Source: Pocillopora damicornis
Taxonomy: Eukaryota
Length of the DNA: 64,000 nt
Assembly (NCBI RefSeq): GCF_003704095.1
Contig: NW_020846987.1
Span: 1 to 64,000 of the forward strand
Direction of reading: 5' to 3'
The position numbers and the translations under genes are program-made. Positions 11,901 to 24,038 of this stretch are shown piece by piece (within the stretch, counting starts at the first letter, position 1; every line of letters starts with the position of its first letter). Under the pieces are notes generated by a model that did no database searches, was not told the origin of the DNA, and worked only from the letters and a program-made list of their open reading frames with translations.

Positions 11901-14401
11901 GTTTGTGCGATATAATTGCCGAGAGAAAGAAAGAGGCAAACGTTCCAAGTTTTTAAATTCTTTCTTTTTTAAAACCACTGGTGGTGAGCTTACAGTAGTA
12001 ACTACAAGCAGTTTTCTTCTTGCGAATAGGATCTCAATGGACGATGGACCCTAGAGAAATAAAGTTTGAATACAGTAAAATAAAATGACGAAGGATAAAG
12101 AAATATTGGAAATCTCTATCATAAAAAAGGGATTAAACAAAACTAGGTTCTAGCTGATGTGGGATGATCTAAATTCAAAACAAGTTCCATTTATAAATTG
12201 GTTTGTAATCATTGAACACCTCTCGTCGCAAGTGAAGTGATCTTTATGCGTCTCCTCTAACAAAATTGCTGTCCTGTTTAAAACCCGTATTTTAGAGCGA
12301 TCTGGAGAGGAGAGAGAAAGGGACCAGCTTCGTCATGAACGACACAAGGAGAGAGAAAGAGATCGTAGAATCTCTAAAGCTGCACCTGATAAAAGGTACC
12401 TAAAGGAACTAGATTAAGAAGTTGAGCTCGGTAATGAAATGGAGAAAGATTCTTTTCTTCTTCTCGCGCGTGTGAGACAAAGAAAACTTTTTGTGTTGTA
12501 TTTACGCACATGATGCTTTCGACGTCAGGATCCTTGTTATATATGAACGTAGTATTGGTCTGACTCACCCATAGAGAGTCTCTGTGGCTCAATGGAAGAG
12601 TACTGCTTCGGAGCGCGGAATCCAAAGACCTGAGCTACGATTCCTCATAGGAAGTCAGGTTTTTTTTTTCCACGTTTTTTATAGGACGAAAAAAATACCT
12701 TAGCTAAGGTGAAATAACTTTCCACATGCTCTCCATATCTACTTTTATTTAAAGTAAAATGTTTTTTATCTTGACTATAGCAAAGCTTGATCACCACCCA
12801 TATACTGTAATTTACTCTTATTTCCTTGGAGTGGCTGAAGCCGTATACTATGCAAAAACTCTGCTTGTCGTTCAAAATAGACATTGATTAGGATATTCAC
12901 ATCAGTGGTAACGGTAGATCTTTGCGCACTTACATGGAATGACTGATTGTTCCTATAGGTCCAAACTTCAGCGTGACAAAGAGCGCGACATAAGTGAGCA
13001 GATTGCATTAGGCCTGGCTTCTGCTCCTCCCTCACAGGAAGCAATGTTTGATCAGCGATTATTTAATCAAAGCAAGGTAAGTCACTACAGTTAATGTCAC
13101 AATTATGCGTCTTTTTCGTATTATTTCAAGGGCATATCTAGGTGACGCGTGCAGAGGTGTACACCCCCCTCCCCCTCGAATTGACCTGCGGCTCTCCTAT
13201 ATGCATACAAATGGTTTTTACAAAATCTGCTGTATTATTTGTAATGTACTATCAGTAGTTCAAGTTGTGGTATTGCCTGGTCACCCTTTAATTACGTCAT
13301 ACCTTATTGATGCACCCCCATCGAAGGAAGATCCTGAATCTGCCGCCGTATCCCTTTCCCCCCACCCCCTACCTGCTTACCGATCCAATTGTATTTAGTT
13401 CCTAACCCTCCCCCTTCCACCACTCTTTGACATTCTTGTGCCTTGTCCGTTAGGGCCTGGACTCCGGATTCGCTGGAGATGACGATGGATACAATGTGTA
13501 CGACAAGGCCTGGAGACGAGAGGGCAGCACAGCCAATGCAATCTATAGGCCGAGCAAGAATGTGGACCGCGATGTTTATGGAGATGATCTGGAAAAACTG
13601 GTTCAAACAAGCAGGTAATTAACTGCGATAACCAAGAACCGAGCACTGTGGGACTTTCTTCTGCCCCTAGTTATATTCCCTTTGAGATTATTGTCAAGGT
13701 AGAGTGTTAAAAAAATTTTTTTCATATTTTTTATACTTTTAGTTTGGCTTCGATTAAAGTATTTAGTTGAAAAATCAAAAAACGGTAATAGATTATTATT
13801 TACAATTTGATGAGCTTTTTTCATTATGTACAGTGCTATGTGGCGAAATAGATGCTTGAAAATATTAAAAAACATTGTTCCGAAGAATGCAGAAATGTTC
13901 TGTCCTTTCGCTAATTTTGAGAGTAGTTTTTCAATTGAACAACGAGGGACTTATTGCTTAGCTTTTTTACTCCCAAGATCTCTTTAGTAATTCTCCTTAC
14001 TGTCAGCTTTACAATTCTGATGATGTTACTTCGGAGAATTTGGTATTGGATCAACTAATAATATATATTTTTGCTTATTCTCATCACTTGTCTGGTTGAT
14101 ATTGGATTGACTTTGTAAGGTGAAATTGAAGAGGAGTTAAAGGATTAAGATGAGATGGTTTGGCTGTTACATTCCTCCCACTTTCACGGCTGTTTTACAA
14201 ATTGTTCTTATATCATGTAATCGGCACTTTCCTGTTTTTCAGGTTTCAGCCTGACAAGGGATTTGCTGGCACAGATCGTGGTCAGCGGCGTGACGGGCCA
14301 GTTCAGTTCGAAAAGGAAGAGGAGGATCCTTTTGGTTTGGACAAGTTTCTTACAGAGGCTAAAAAAGGAAAGAGGCCGTTAGACGAACCCTCCAGATCAA
14401 G
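5938..14401 (+). CDS. SNW1: SNW domain-containing protein 1 (SKIP/Prp45), spliced. Exons 5938-5951, 6032-6107, 6200-6274, 7265-7308, 7661-7691, 7805-7900, 8462-8557, 8874-9085, 10023-10092, 10446-10511, 10680-10796, 11603-11738, 12296-12395, 12959-13076, 13454-13614, 14243-14401; terminal exon not assembled at the native locus
   Basis: Manual GT-AG splicing gives one continuous frame: MSLASLLPAP...EPPPYGKRQGWIPR..DFGDGGAFPEIHVAQYPLDMG...YIRYTPSQQ...KDPMEPPRFK..KIPRGPPSPPAPVMHSP...[32 protein letters not shown]...DQRLFNQSKG...DPFGLDKFL. Confidence 0.96.
7309..7660 (+). other. U12-type (minor spliceosome) GT-AG intron, SNW1 intron 4
   Basis: 5' splice site GTATCCTC; branch-like TTTTCTTAAC at 7638-7647, 13 nt before the intron end; the junction restores the conserved HVAQYPLDMG. 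Confidence 0.8.
8150..8235 (+). mobile_element. Penelope-like retroelement terminal remnant
   Basis: CCCCTGATGAAGGC...TCAAAACGTTGG resembles the CTGA(T/A)GA...GAAAC hammerhead-like core found at Penelope ends. Confidence 0.45.
12560..12670 (+). repeat. tRNA-derived SINE-like fragment (same family at ~22650-22730, - strand)
   Basis: GTGGCTCA(A/G)TGG..CGGAGCGCGGAAT..CTGAG..CGATTCCTCAT, with degenerate A/B-box-like sequence. Confidence 0.5.
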
Positions 14402-14865
14402 GTATTATATACCTCACACTCTGATGATAATCGATCGTTTAATTTGTGTGTAAACAGAACTAGAAAGATCGTAGTTTTGGCGCGCCATCTTTTTGGCCGC
14501 CATCTTTGATTTAAATGGCAGAGGAAGGCTGGAGAGAGAANNNNNNNNNNNNNNNNNNNNNNNNNNNNNNNNNNNNNNNNNNNNNNNNNNNNNNNNNNNN
14601 NNNNNNNNNNNNNNNNNNNNNNNNNNNNNNNNNNNNNNNNNNNNNNNNNNNNNNNNNNNNNNNNNNNNNNNNNNNNNNNNNNNNNNNNNNNNNNNNNNNN
14701 NNNNNNNNNNNNNNNNNNNNNNNNNNNNNNNNNNNNNNNNNNNNNNNNNNNNNNNNNNNNNNNNNNNNNNNNGTTCGTGTGGAACAGGCGTCCTAATAGC
14801 TGGCGCGATCGATAAATTAAGCCATTTGTGAATAAAATGATTTGGTTTTATCTAGTATTTTGATA

Positions 14866-14971
14866 AGGTACATTGGCCACCGGAAAGAGTTTCAAAAAGC
14901 TGACCTTTAGAACGTTTGCCCTTTTGTCGAAACGCCAGCTTCAGAAACTCTTTACGGTGGCCAATTTACCT
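14866..14971. repeat. Palindromic MITE-like or Penelope-derived hairpin in the SNW1 last intron (copy at 21991-22095)
   Basis: Arms AGGTACATTGGCCACCGGAAAGAGTTTC and GAAACTCTTTACGGTGGCCAATTTACCT. Confidence 0.6.
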
Positions 14972-15071
14972 NNNNNNNNNNNNNNNNNNNNNNNNNNNNN
15001 NNNNNNNNNNNNNNNNNNNNNNNNNNNNNNNNNNNNNNNNNNNNNNNNNNNNNNNNNNNNNNNNNNNNNNN

Positions 15072-15212
15072 TGCGTTGAAGCCTTTAGGGACAGGACAAC
15101 ATTTCTTGTCTCTCAGGCTGTCCCGGTCAGTGCAGACTCTGGGAAACTGGCCTTCAACCCAGTGTATAGTGACAACAACAAAGACAAGGTATGTGATGGT
15201 GGGGTTAACCAT
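15072..15212 (-). CDS. Tyrosinase-family copy A, 5' fragment only (truncated by gap)
   Basis: MVNPTITYLVFVVVTIHWVEG-QFPRVCTDRDSLRDKKCCP, paralogous to the 29153 copy. Confidence 0.8.
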
Positions 15213-16519
15213 TTTATGAACGGCTCCCTGAGAAACAAAATTTAGGTCTTGTTGTTATCAGTCCTTCGAATTTAGACGTTCAATAATTATGTGAAACAGA
15301 TATCTCTACCTGATTTTAATAGTTTTAATTATGGTTATAACAATGATGATAAGAATTACAATAATGGTGAAGATGATAATAGAAAAACTTTCAAATAGAG
15401 AGAAACTGGGTATGCTTTTTTTGCTTGTTTTTGAAGAAAAGATGAAACTCAAGACAAACGAGGTTAAGGCGATATGAATTTTTTTTAATATCATACGGGT
15501 TACCACTGTACGCTCCAAACACATCTTGTGTCTCTGTTGTCTCTCTCACCTGGTTCTCACGCTTTTTTGGCAACGAATATATCACCGAAATATTTACCAA
15601 AAGGTTTAAACTTCCAAATCCATTGCTGCTCGCTTAAGAAACTGATTATCTCCACAACGTTATTGGAAATGAGCGGCTTTTCTGGCGCAAAATATCTGCG
15701 ACTCGAATTAAAAGAAAAGTTCATCATATCAGGTCCTCAGCTTACAAAGCTACATAATTGACCGCGATTCAAGTGTATTAATTTCATAAAATGGGTCAAA
15801 TTTTCCAGAAAGCATTCCGTAAGCATATATAGCAAGTCTTACTAGTAACTATAATTTTCGGCCTAAAATCAAACTTTATTGTTAGTGACCGTTTCGTTAT
15901 TTTGTCATAAAAACCTCCTTCGATTTTAGTCAGAGCCTCGTTCTCTCTTTAGAAGTAACTCCCGAAACTCGAAATCAATCCGTGATCGGCCTACAACAAA
16001 AGCATATGCATTTCTGCGGGCTTTGACGAACTGAACATAGTTTGATCATCGGATGTTTGAGACATGTGCATCGAGTAGAATCCGCATTCTGTTTCTTGGA
16101 TAGTTATCGTTTCAAATGTGCCTTAGACATTGTTACAACAGGAGCAGTATATAAATCATTTGTAGCGATAATCCTATGAGCGCCTCTTGATTTAGATCGG
16201 AGCGTCGAGGTAAGATCACGTGTCTTCCTTGATAACTAGTTTAATTAAAGCAAACCTTCGTCTTCTTTTAAACTGCAAGCTTAGTTGTTCTTAAGATTTT
16301 GAAATTTCTCTTCTAGTTCCTCTACTTCGTGGTTCTGTTGACAAGTCGACTGAACAGTAAAACTAAATTGCAAAGAAACTATATCTCATCTATATTGATG
16401 GATTCTTAGAAAAAGGTTCTTCAGAATGAGAGTACTGCGTACCTTTGTTCTCAAGATTTCTTAGAATTCTAGGCGTCTCTACAGGACTTTAGACTCTCCC
16501 TATAAAATATACCTTCGGT

Positions 16520-19500
16520 AGACGCTGCCGAATTTTTCTTCTCTCAGAAGACGGCTGTAGTGCCGTCAGCTTTGCATGCGTCGGCAATTTTTACACGAAG
16601 TGTTTCGTCTTGAGCTCCGAATTGCCCCCAAGGATTCAGCAAACGTACTCGTCAAACTGCATTGTTTCTGTCTTCATGCGACAAATTTCAAGTCGAGGCA
16701 CGGAATAACACTTTAGCAAGTATTAGATAGAAATCACTAAATTTATTTCAGAATTAATCGACATAACAAAGCAGATGCGAAGGTACAAAATCTCTACACG
16801 GTTTACACTTATTGTTCGAACATAAATAATATAGCTTTCCTGGAATGCGCTCTTTTTGTCTGCTGCTGTATGAATATATAATTAGTCTGTGACATTCAGT
16901 TGTTGGTTGCTTGAAGGTTTCACAAAAATGTAACATGGTAACGGGTAAAGTGAAATATATCTTCGGTAGACGCTGCAAACTTTTTTTGTCAGAAGACTGC
17001 TGTAGTGCTTTCAGCTTTGTATGCGTCGGCGATTTGTACGCTGCGTTTTGTTTTGAGCTCCGAATTGCCTCCAAGATTCAGCAAACAAGCTTGACAAACT
17101 GCATTATTTCTGTCTTCATATTATAAATTTCAAGTTTAATTACGGAATAACATCCCAGCAAGCATTAGTTAAAAAGCACTAAATTCGTTTCAGAATTAAT
17201 CTACATGACACAGCAGATGCGAGGGTACAAAATCTCTACACGGTTTTCAGTCGGTGATCGAACATAAATAAGAAATCTTTCCGTGAATGCGCTCTTTTTG
17301 TCGGCACTGCTGTATGAATACACAATCACCCTGTGTCATTCAGGTGTTATTTGCTTGAAGAATTCACAAAACTGTAACGTGGTGACGTGTTTAGTTCGTT
17401 GAAAATCTCTTCGAACTTCTCCTAGCTACCGTCAAGAAGGGAACTTAGCAACATACATATCCGCGGCGCGGAACTTCCCTCGCCGAATAAAAACCTTTGC
17501 GCACTTCAAACGTGGAAGTAACACGGCATTCATAAGGAAAACAAGATCAAAGTGTACCTGAACGACGAGCTTGTTAACTGTGCACTCGTAATGCTTCAGT
17601 TTCTTAGGACTGAAACTTTTGGTATCCTTTCCTGAACACTTCTTGCACCGAAGAACGCGCAAATGATCACGGAACGCTGGAATGTACCGCGTGACTTTAG
17701 TTTACCAAAGGAGGAGTAAGCAATGTTTCGTCGGTCGGGCTCCAGTCGATGGCTAGCTCCGTTGTTAGGCATGCTTTCAAATTAGATGCGACTGTAAGTA
17801 GACGATCATGATCCGGTGTTTTCACCGTTCTTAATTTTGAACAATTTTTCGCATTCGCCAGTCCGAAAGACAACCCCAATCCATACCACGGGTTTCTTGT
17901 TTGAAGCAATANNNNNNNNNNNNNNNNNNNNNNNNNNNNNNNNNNNNNNNNNNNNNNNNNNNNNNNNNNNNNNNNNNNNNNNNNNNNNNNNNNNNNNNNN
18001 NNNNNNNNNNNCGAGTGCTCAGTTAACAAGCTAGTCCTTCAGGTACACTTTGATCTTGTTTTCCTAATGAATGCTGTGCTACTTCCACGTTTGAAGCGCG
18101 CGAAGATTTTAACTCGGCGAGGGACGTTCCGCGCCGCGAATATGTTGCTAGGTTCCCTTCTTATCGGTAGCTAGGAGAAGTTAGGAGAGATTTTCAACGA
18201 ACTAAACACGTCACCATGTTACAGTTTTGTGAAACCTTCAAGCAACTAACGCCTGAATGACACAGACTGATTGTGTATTCCTACAGAATAGCAAACAAAA
18301 AGAGCGCATTCCCGTAAAGATTAATTACTTATGTTCGATCAATGAGTGAAAACCGTGTACAGACTTTGTACCTTCGCATCTGCTATGTAATGTCGATTAA
18401 TTCTGAAATGAATTTAGCGATTTCTATCTAATGCTCGCTTGGATGTTATTCCGTACCTTGTCTTGAAATTTATAGTATGAAGACAGAAATAATGCAGTTT
18501 GTAAAGTATGTTTGCTGAATACTGGAGGCAATTCGGAGCTCAAAACAAAACAAAGTGTACAAATCGCCGGCGCATGCAAAACTGAAATAACTACATCAGT
18601 CTTCTGACAGAAAAAAAGTTTGCAGCGTCTACCGAAGATATATTTCACTTTGCCCGTCACCATGTTACACATGTTCGTACAGCAGTGAAGACAAAAAATA
18701 GCGCATTTCCAGAAAGCTATGTTTTTCATATTCGAACAATGAGTGCAAACCTTGTAGAGATGTTATACCTTCGCATCTGTTGTGTGGTGCGGATTAATTT
18801 TGAAATAATTTTTAGTGATTTCTATCTGATGCTCACTGGGATGTTATTCCGCACCTTGACTTGAAATTTGTAGCATGAAGACAGAAATAACGCAGTTGAC
18901 AAGTACGTTTGCTGAATCCTTGGTGGCAATTCGGATTAAAGATGAAGCATACAGTGTACAAATCGCCGACGCATGCAAAGCTGACGGTACTACAGCAATC
19001 TCATAAGAGAAGAAAAAGAGGCGTCTACCAAAGATATATTTTACAGGGAGACTCTAAAGTCTAATAAAGACGCTTAGAATTCTAAGAAATCTTGAGAACA
19101 AAACATGCCGAACAATGAAGCCAGCTGACCGAAGAAGTATTCCTAACTCCCCACTGGGTAAACTAAAATAATTCGATCTGTTCCAGCATTCCGTGGGCGT
19201 TGGCGTGTTATTCGGTTCAAGAAGTGTTCAGAAAAGGATACTAAAAGTTTCAATCCTAAGAAACTGAAGGATTACGAGTACACAGTTAACAAGCTAGTCG
19301 ATCAGGTACACTTTGTTCTTGTTTTCCTTATGAATGCCGTATTAGTTCCACGTTTGAAAAGTGCAAAGATTTTAATTTGGCGAGGGAAGTTCCGCGCCGC
19401 GGATTTTGTATGTTGCTAGGTTCTCTTCTTGTCGGTAGCTAGGAGAGGTTATAAGAGATTTTCAACGAACTAAACACGTCACCATGTTACAGTTTTGTGA

Positions 19501-21164
19501 AACCTTCAAGCAACTAACACCTGAATGACACAGACTGATTGTGTATTCATACAGCAGTGCAGACAAAAAGAGCACATTCACGGAAAGCTTTATTATTTAT
19601 GTTCGATCAATGAGTGCAAAACCGTGTAGAGACTTTGTACCTTCGTATCTGCAGTGTGATGTCGATTAATTCTGAAATAAATTTAGTGATCTCTATCTAA
19701 TGCTCGCTAAGATGTTATTTCGTGCCTTGACTTGAAATTTGTGGAATGAAATAATGTAGTTCGTTAAGTATGTTTGCTGAATTCTTGGAAGCGATTCAGA
19801 GGTCTACACAAAACACATTGTGTACAAATCGCCGACGCATGCAAAGTTGACGGTACTACAGCAGTCTTCTGAGAGACGAAAAATTCGGCAGCGTCTTCCG
19901 AAGGTATCTTTTACAAGGAGATTCTTAAGTCTAATAAAGACGCTTAGAGTTTTAAGAAATCTTGAGTGCAAAGGTACGCTGCACTCTCATTTTGAGGAAA
20001 CCTTTTCTAAGAATCCATCAAAATAGATGAGAGATAGAGTTTCACTGTAATTTAGTTTTACTGTTCAATCGACTTGTCAATCGCACCGCGACGAACAGGA
20101 ACAAACTTTAAGAGGAGAAACTTTCAAAATCTTAAGAACAAAGAAGCTTGCAGTTTTAAAGAAGACGAAGGTATGCATTAATTAAACTCGTTCTCATGGA
20201 AGACACGTAGTCTTACCTCGACGCTCCGATCTTAATCAAGAGGCGCTCATAAGATGATCGCTACAAAGGATTTATGTACTGCTCTTGTTGTAATAATGTT
20301 CAAGGTACATTTTAAACGAAGATTATCCAAGAAACAGAATGCGGATTGTACTCGATCCACATGTCTCAAACATTCGATGATCAAACTATGTTCAGTTCGT
20401 CAAAGTCCTTACCAGAAATACGCGTGCATGATAAAAAGAGCGCATTCCCGGAAAGCCTTACTATTTATGTTCGATCAACGAGTGTAAACCGTGTAGAGAT
20501 TTTGTACCTTCACATCTGCTGCGTGATGTCGATTAATTCTAAAATGAATTTAGTGATTTCTATCTAATGCTCGCTAGGATGTTATTCCACACCCTGACTT
20601 GAAATTTGTAGTATGAAGAAAGAAGTAATGCAGTTTGCCGTAAAGTATGTTCACTGAATCCTGGAGGCAATTTGGAGCTCAAAACAAAACACAGTGTACA
20701 AATCGCCGACGCATGCAAAGCTGAAGGCACTACAGTAGTGTTCTGACAGAAAAAAAGTTTGCAGCGTCTACCGAAGATATATTTCACTTTACTCAACACC
20801 ATGTTACAGTTTTGTGAAACCTTCAAGCAACTAATACCTAGTCACAGAATAATTATATATTCATACAGCAGTGCAGACAAAAATAGCACATTCCCGGAAA
20901 GCTACATTATTCATGTTCGAACAACGAGTGCAACCGTGTAGAGATGTGCCTTCGCATCTGCTGTGTCATGTCGATTAATTGTGAAATAAATTTAGTGATT
21001 TCTATCTGATGCTCGCTAGGATGTTATTCCGCACCTTTACTTGAAATTTGTAGAATGAAGACAGAAATAATGCAGTTTGACAAGTACGTTTACCAAATCC
21101 TTGGTGGCAATTCGGATTAAAGACGAAACATAAAGTGTACAAATCGCAGACGCATGCAAAGCTG
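16520..21164. repeat. ~400-450-bp diverged tandem repeat of the tyrosinase upstream block (also ~26030-27700, 33185-33540, 51255-51480)
   Basis: Recurrent unit ACCGTGTAGAGATTTTGTACCTTCGCATCTGC...TACAAATCGCCGACGCATGCAAAGCTG...CACCATGTTACAGTTTTGTGAAACC; spacing about 440 bp (16780/17220; 20507/20949). Confidence 0.85.
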
Positions 21165-21820
21165 NNNNNNNNNNNNNNNNNNNNNNNNNNNNNNNNNNNN
21201 NNNNNNNNNNNNNNNNNNNNNNNNNNNNNNNNNNNNNNNNNNNNNNNNNNNNNNNNNNNNNNNNGCTCAAATCGGAAATTACATATTTTTTACGATCGTC
21301 ATGCGTGTCTGTGCGTGCACGCTATGGTGGAAATGAGTGGGGAAGGGTGGGAAGATGCCGATATCTCGTTTTAAGCGCGAATTTTAAAAGCAAATTACAA
21401 GGTATTGTGCGATTGTGGCTAATGCGGCACGGAGTAACGTTCTTACCTATATCGTTCTGTCCACAACCAAAAAGGTAACGTATTTTCTTCCCCTAAAAAG
21501 GGGCGTAGTTTGGTAAATATTTAACTCAATAATCACACTGCTTATAAGGCACACATATGTCTAATTTTGCTTCGTTGTCAAGAACTTGGGGTCCGAGCGT
21601 AATGTGAGAAATTACATGTGTAATACAGCAATGATTACTGCCACATTCGACCCAGGTCAACAGAACCTTTTTTTTTGTCATTTAGATTATTATTCCTATG
21701 TACAAGGACACAAATGTTGTTTTGCAAATGTTTTTTAGACGCAAGTTCTGATGTCTCCTTGAGTATTAGTTTGACAGAAGTTCATTACTTTAAATGAAAC
21801 AACAACTTTTGGTTGTTTCA

Positions 21821-23042
21821 TCATTTTCTCTTCGCACTCCGACTTTCGTGATCCCTGGAAAAAAAATAAAAAATAAATAACAAGTAGCAAATAGAATGAG
21901 TAGATTTTCGCTGAGGAGTATTTACGGATTGATTCTGTAGGTTCTGGAAGGTATTACTAAATAATTTGGTTTTTTCAACTATTTTGATACGGTAAATTGG
22001 CCACTGTAAAGAGTTTCTAAAACTGACGTTTCGACAAAAGGGAAAACGCTCGAAACGTCAGCTTTTTAAAACTCTTTCCGGCGGCCAATTTACCTTACCA
22101 ATTCTGTTGATAAAATCAAATAATTTTATTCACAAATAGCTTAATTTATCGATCACACCAGCTGTAAGGACACTTGTTCCTCGCACAAAAGCCACACGAA
22201 TCTATCTATCTACACGTAGGCTATATTCACCCGGCCAACTGTCTACTCCCCCGCCTCCACCCCTCCCCTCACTTTTTACTGTCGCTCACCCCCTTGATAC
22301 AAATTTCTTTCTCTCCCCAGCCTTCCTCTGCCATTTAAATCAAAGCTTGCGGCCATACTTGTCGCTAAGAAAATACCAAGCACTCGCTCTCCAAAACTAC
22401 GCATGCTCTGCAGGGTACACAATGATAGCAAACAAAGAATACTCATATTATAGTTTCGTATATGTATCATTGAAACAGGTGCAAAACTAAAATTGGCTTT
22501 GTCTTGCTAAAAACCACGCTGTCAACTAATTCTTTAACCCTCTCATTTCCTAACCTCACTTTCATTCAACGATTTGGTTTCATTTCCAAAAATATAACTG
22601 GCAGAGAAAGATGTTTTCGTATTGTAAAGAGCGCGGAGCAAATAAAAAACTTTTTGAGTTTTCATGAGGAATCGAACCTCAGACCGTCGAATTCCGCGCT
22701 CCGATGCAGTACCACTGAGCCACATAGACTTTAAAGCAAGCTAAGTCATTACGAGTCCTATGCTGGTGACAAGACGAGATAACATATTTCTCGACTTCAC
22801 TTCAGAATGTATCCTTTGCGATCTTTCTTATTCTGTTTACACACAAAGTAAATGATCGATTATCATCAGAGTTTGAAGTATATAATACCTTGATCTGGAG
22901 GGTTCGTCCAACGGCTTCCTTCCTTTTTAGGCCTCTGTAAGAAACTTATCCAAACCAAAATGGTCTTCCTCTTCCTTTTCAAACTGAACCGGCCCACCAC
23001 GCCGCTGACCACGATCTGTGCCAGCAAATACCTTGTCAGGCT
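21821..23042 (-). pseudogene. SNW1: Duplicated 3' end of SNW1: most of exon 16 (22889-23042), last intron and terminal coding exon (21854-21821, (R)DHESRSAKRK*)
   Basis: Reverse complement matches 14248-14970 with substitutions. Further on, ttttttttccag|G GAT CAC GAA AGT CGG AGT GCG AAG AGA AAA TGA is in phase with exon 16. Confidence 0.85.
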
Positions 23043-23044
23043 AT

Positions 23045-24038
23045 TATTAGCTCACAGCCTTCTGAAGTAAAACTTCTTCGGTGTCTGTTCGTTCGCTTGC
23101 CGGCAATCGATCTTAGAGTAAAATTCTTATCTTCTTCCTCGAGCTACATTTGCAAAGTTACAACAAAAATCAAACGTAATTAGCTCTACTACTTTACATC
23201 ATCTGCGCAAACCAGTTTAATAAGTTTACCTCTCCTTAATACAGTACATAAATACACATGTACAGCCATCAGCCACAACTGCCAATCTCACCTTTCGTAG
23301 CTGGTTCTTCTGGTTTTTCTTCCGATTCTACTTGCTCTGATACTGGATCTTCGACAGCCGGCGTTTCTTCTCTTTCATCAGGCACGTTTTCACCTTCTGG
23401 GGGTGGCTCGTCTTTTGTAATGTCATCCAAATATGGTGTAGTCGAAGAGACATCCTCCTCATCCTCCATGCCTGATGAGAAATCTACCAAGTCTCCTGTT
23501 TCTGGTGAAGCGGACTCTGACATTGTAAAACTGAATATCCACAAACGTTTACGCCTGACCTCCTATATGACACTTTTAAACTTTAAGTAAAAGGACCAGA
23601 AAGTTAGATCTTACGCAAGGACGAAATTTAGAAGTGACGGTGGATTGTGTTTTCAAAACTCACACTGGCGCAATTTTCTATGAGTGGCCATATTTGGGAA
23701 AGCAGATGTGAACGGACCAATCAGAGTAGTCATTATAATTCTCTTTCAATATTCCTCCAAATAAGGAAGTCTCAAAGTTCAAAGTGAACCCAGAGCGATC
23801 TACTGCTTTTTTTCTTTTTATTCTTCAGCAGAAAAAAATACAATCTGATAGAGTTTATTAATTCAGATCGAAAACTCGCTTCGGGGACCACAAACTTATA
23901 TACGAAATGATCCTCGTGTGAACAGCGATAAAGGAAGTTGCAAAAATAGGAAAAATGAAAAATTTCAGGCTTCGCTACGACGGGATTCGAACCTGTTCCT
24001 CCCAGAATACCAGACATATGGTTTTTACTACCTCCTAA
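23045..24038 (-). pseudogene. Duplicated 5' end of the reticulon gene (promoter, exon 1, most of intron 1)
   Basis: Reverse complement of ~54463-55436; MSESASPETGDLVDFSSGMEDEED...EEPATK with an intact GT donor. Confidence 0.88.

Noticed and set aside
18200-21164. CRISPR-like array
   Set aside because: Eukaryotic context; units are ~440 bp and diverged throughout, with no repeat-spacer structure or cas genes.
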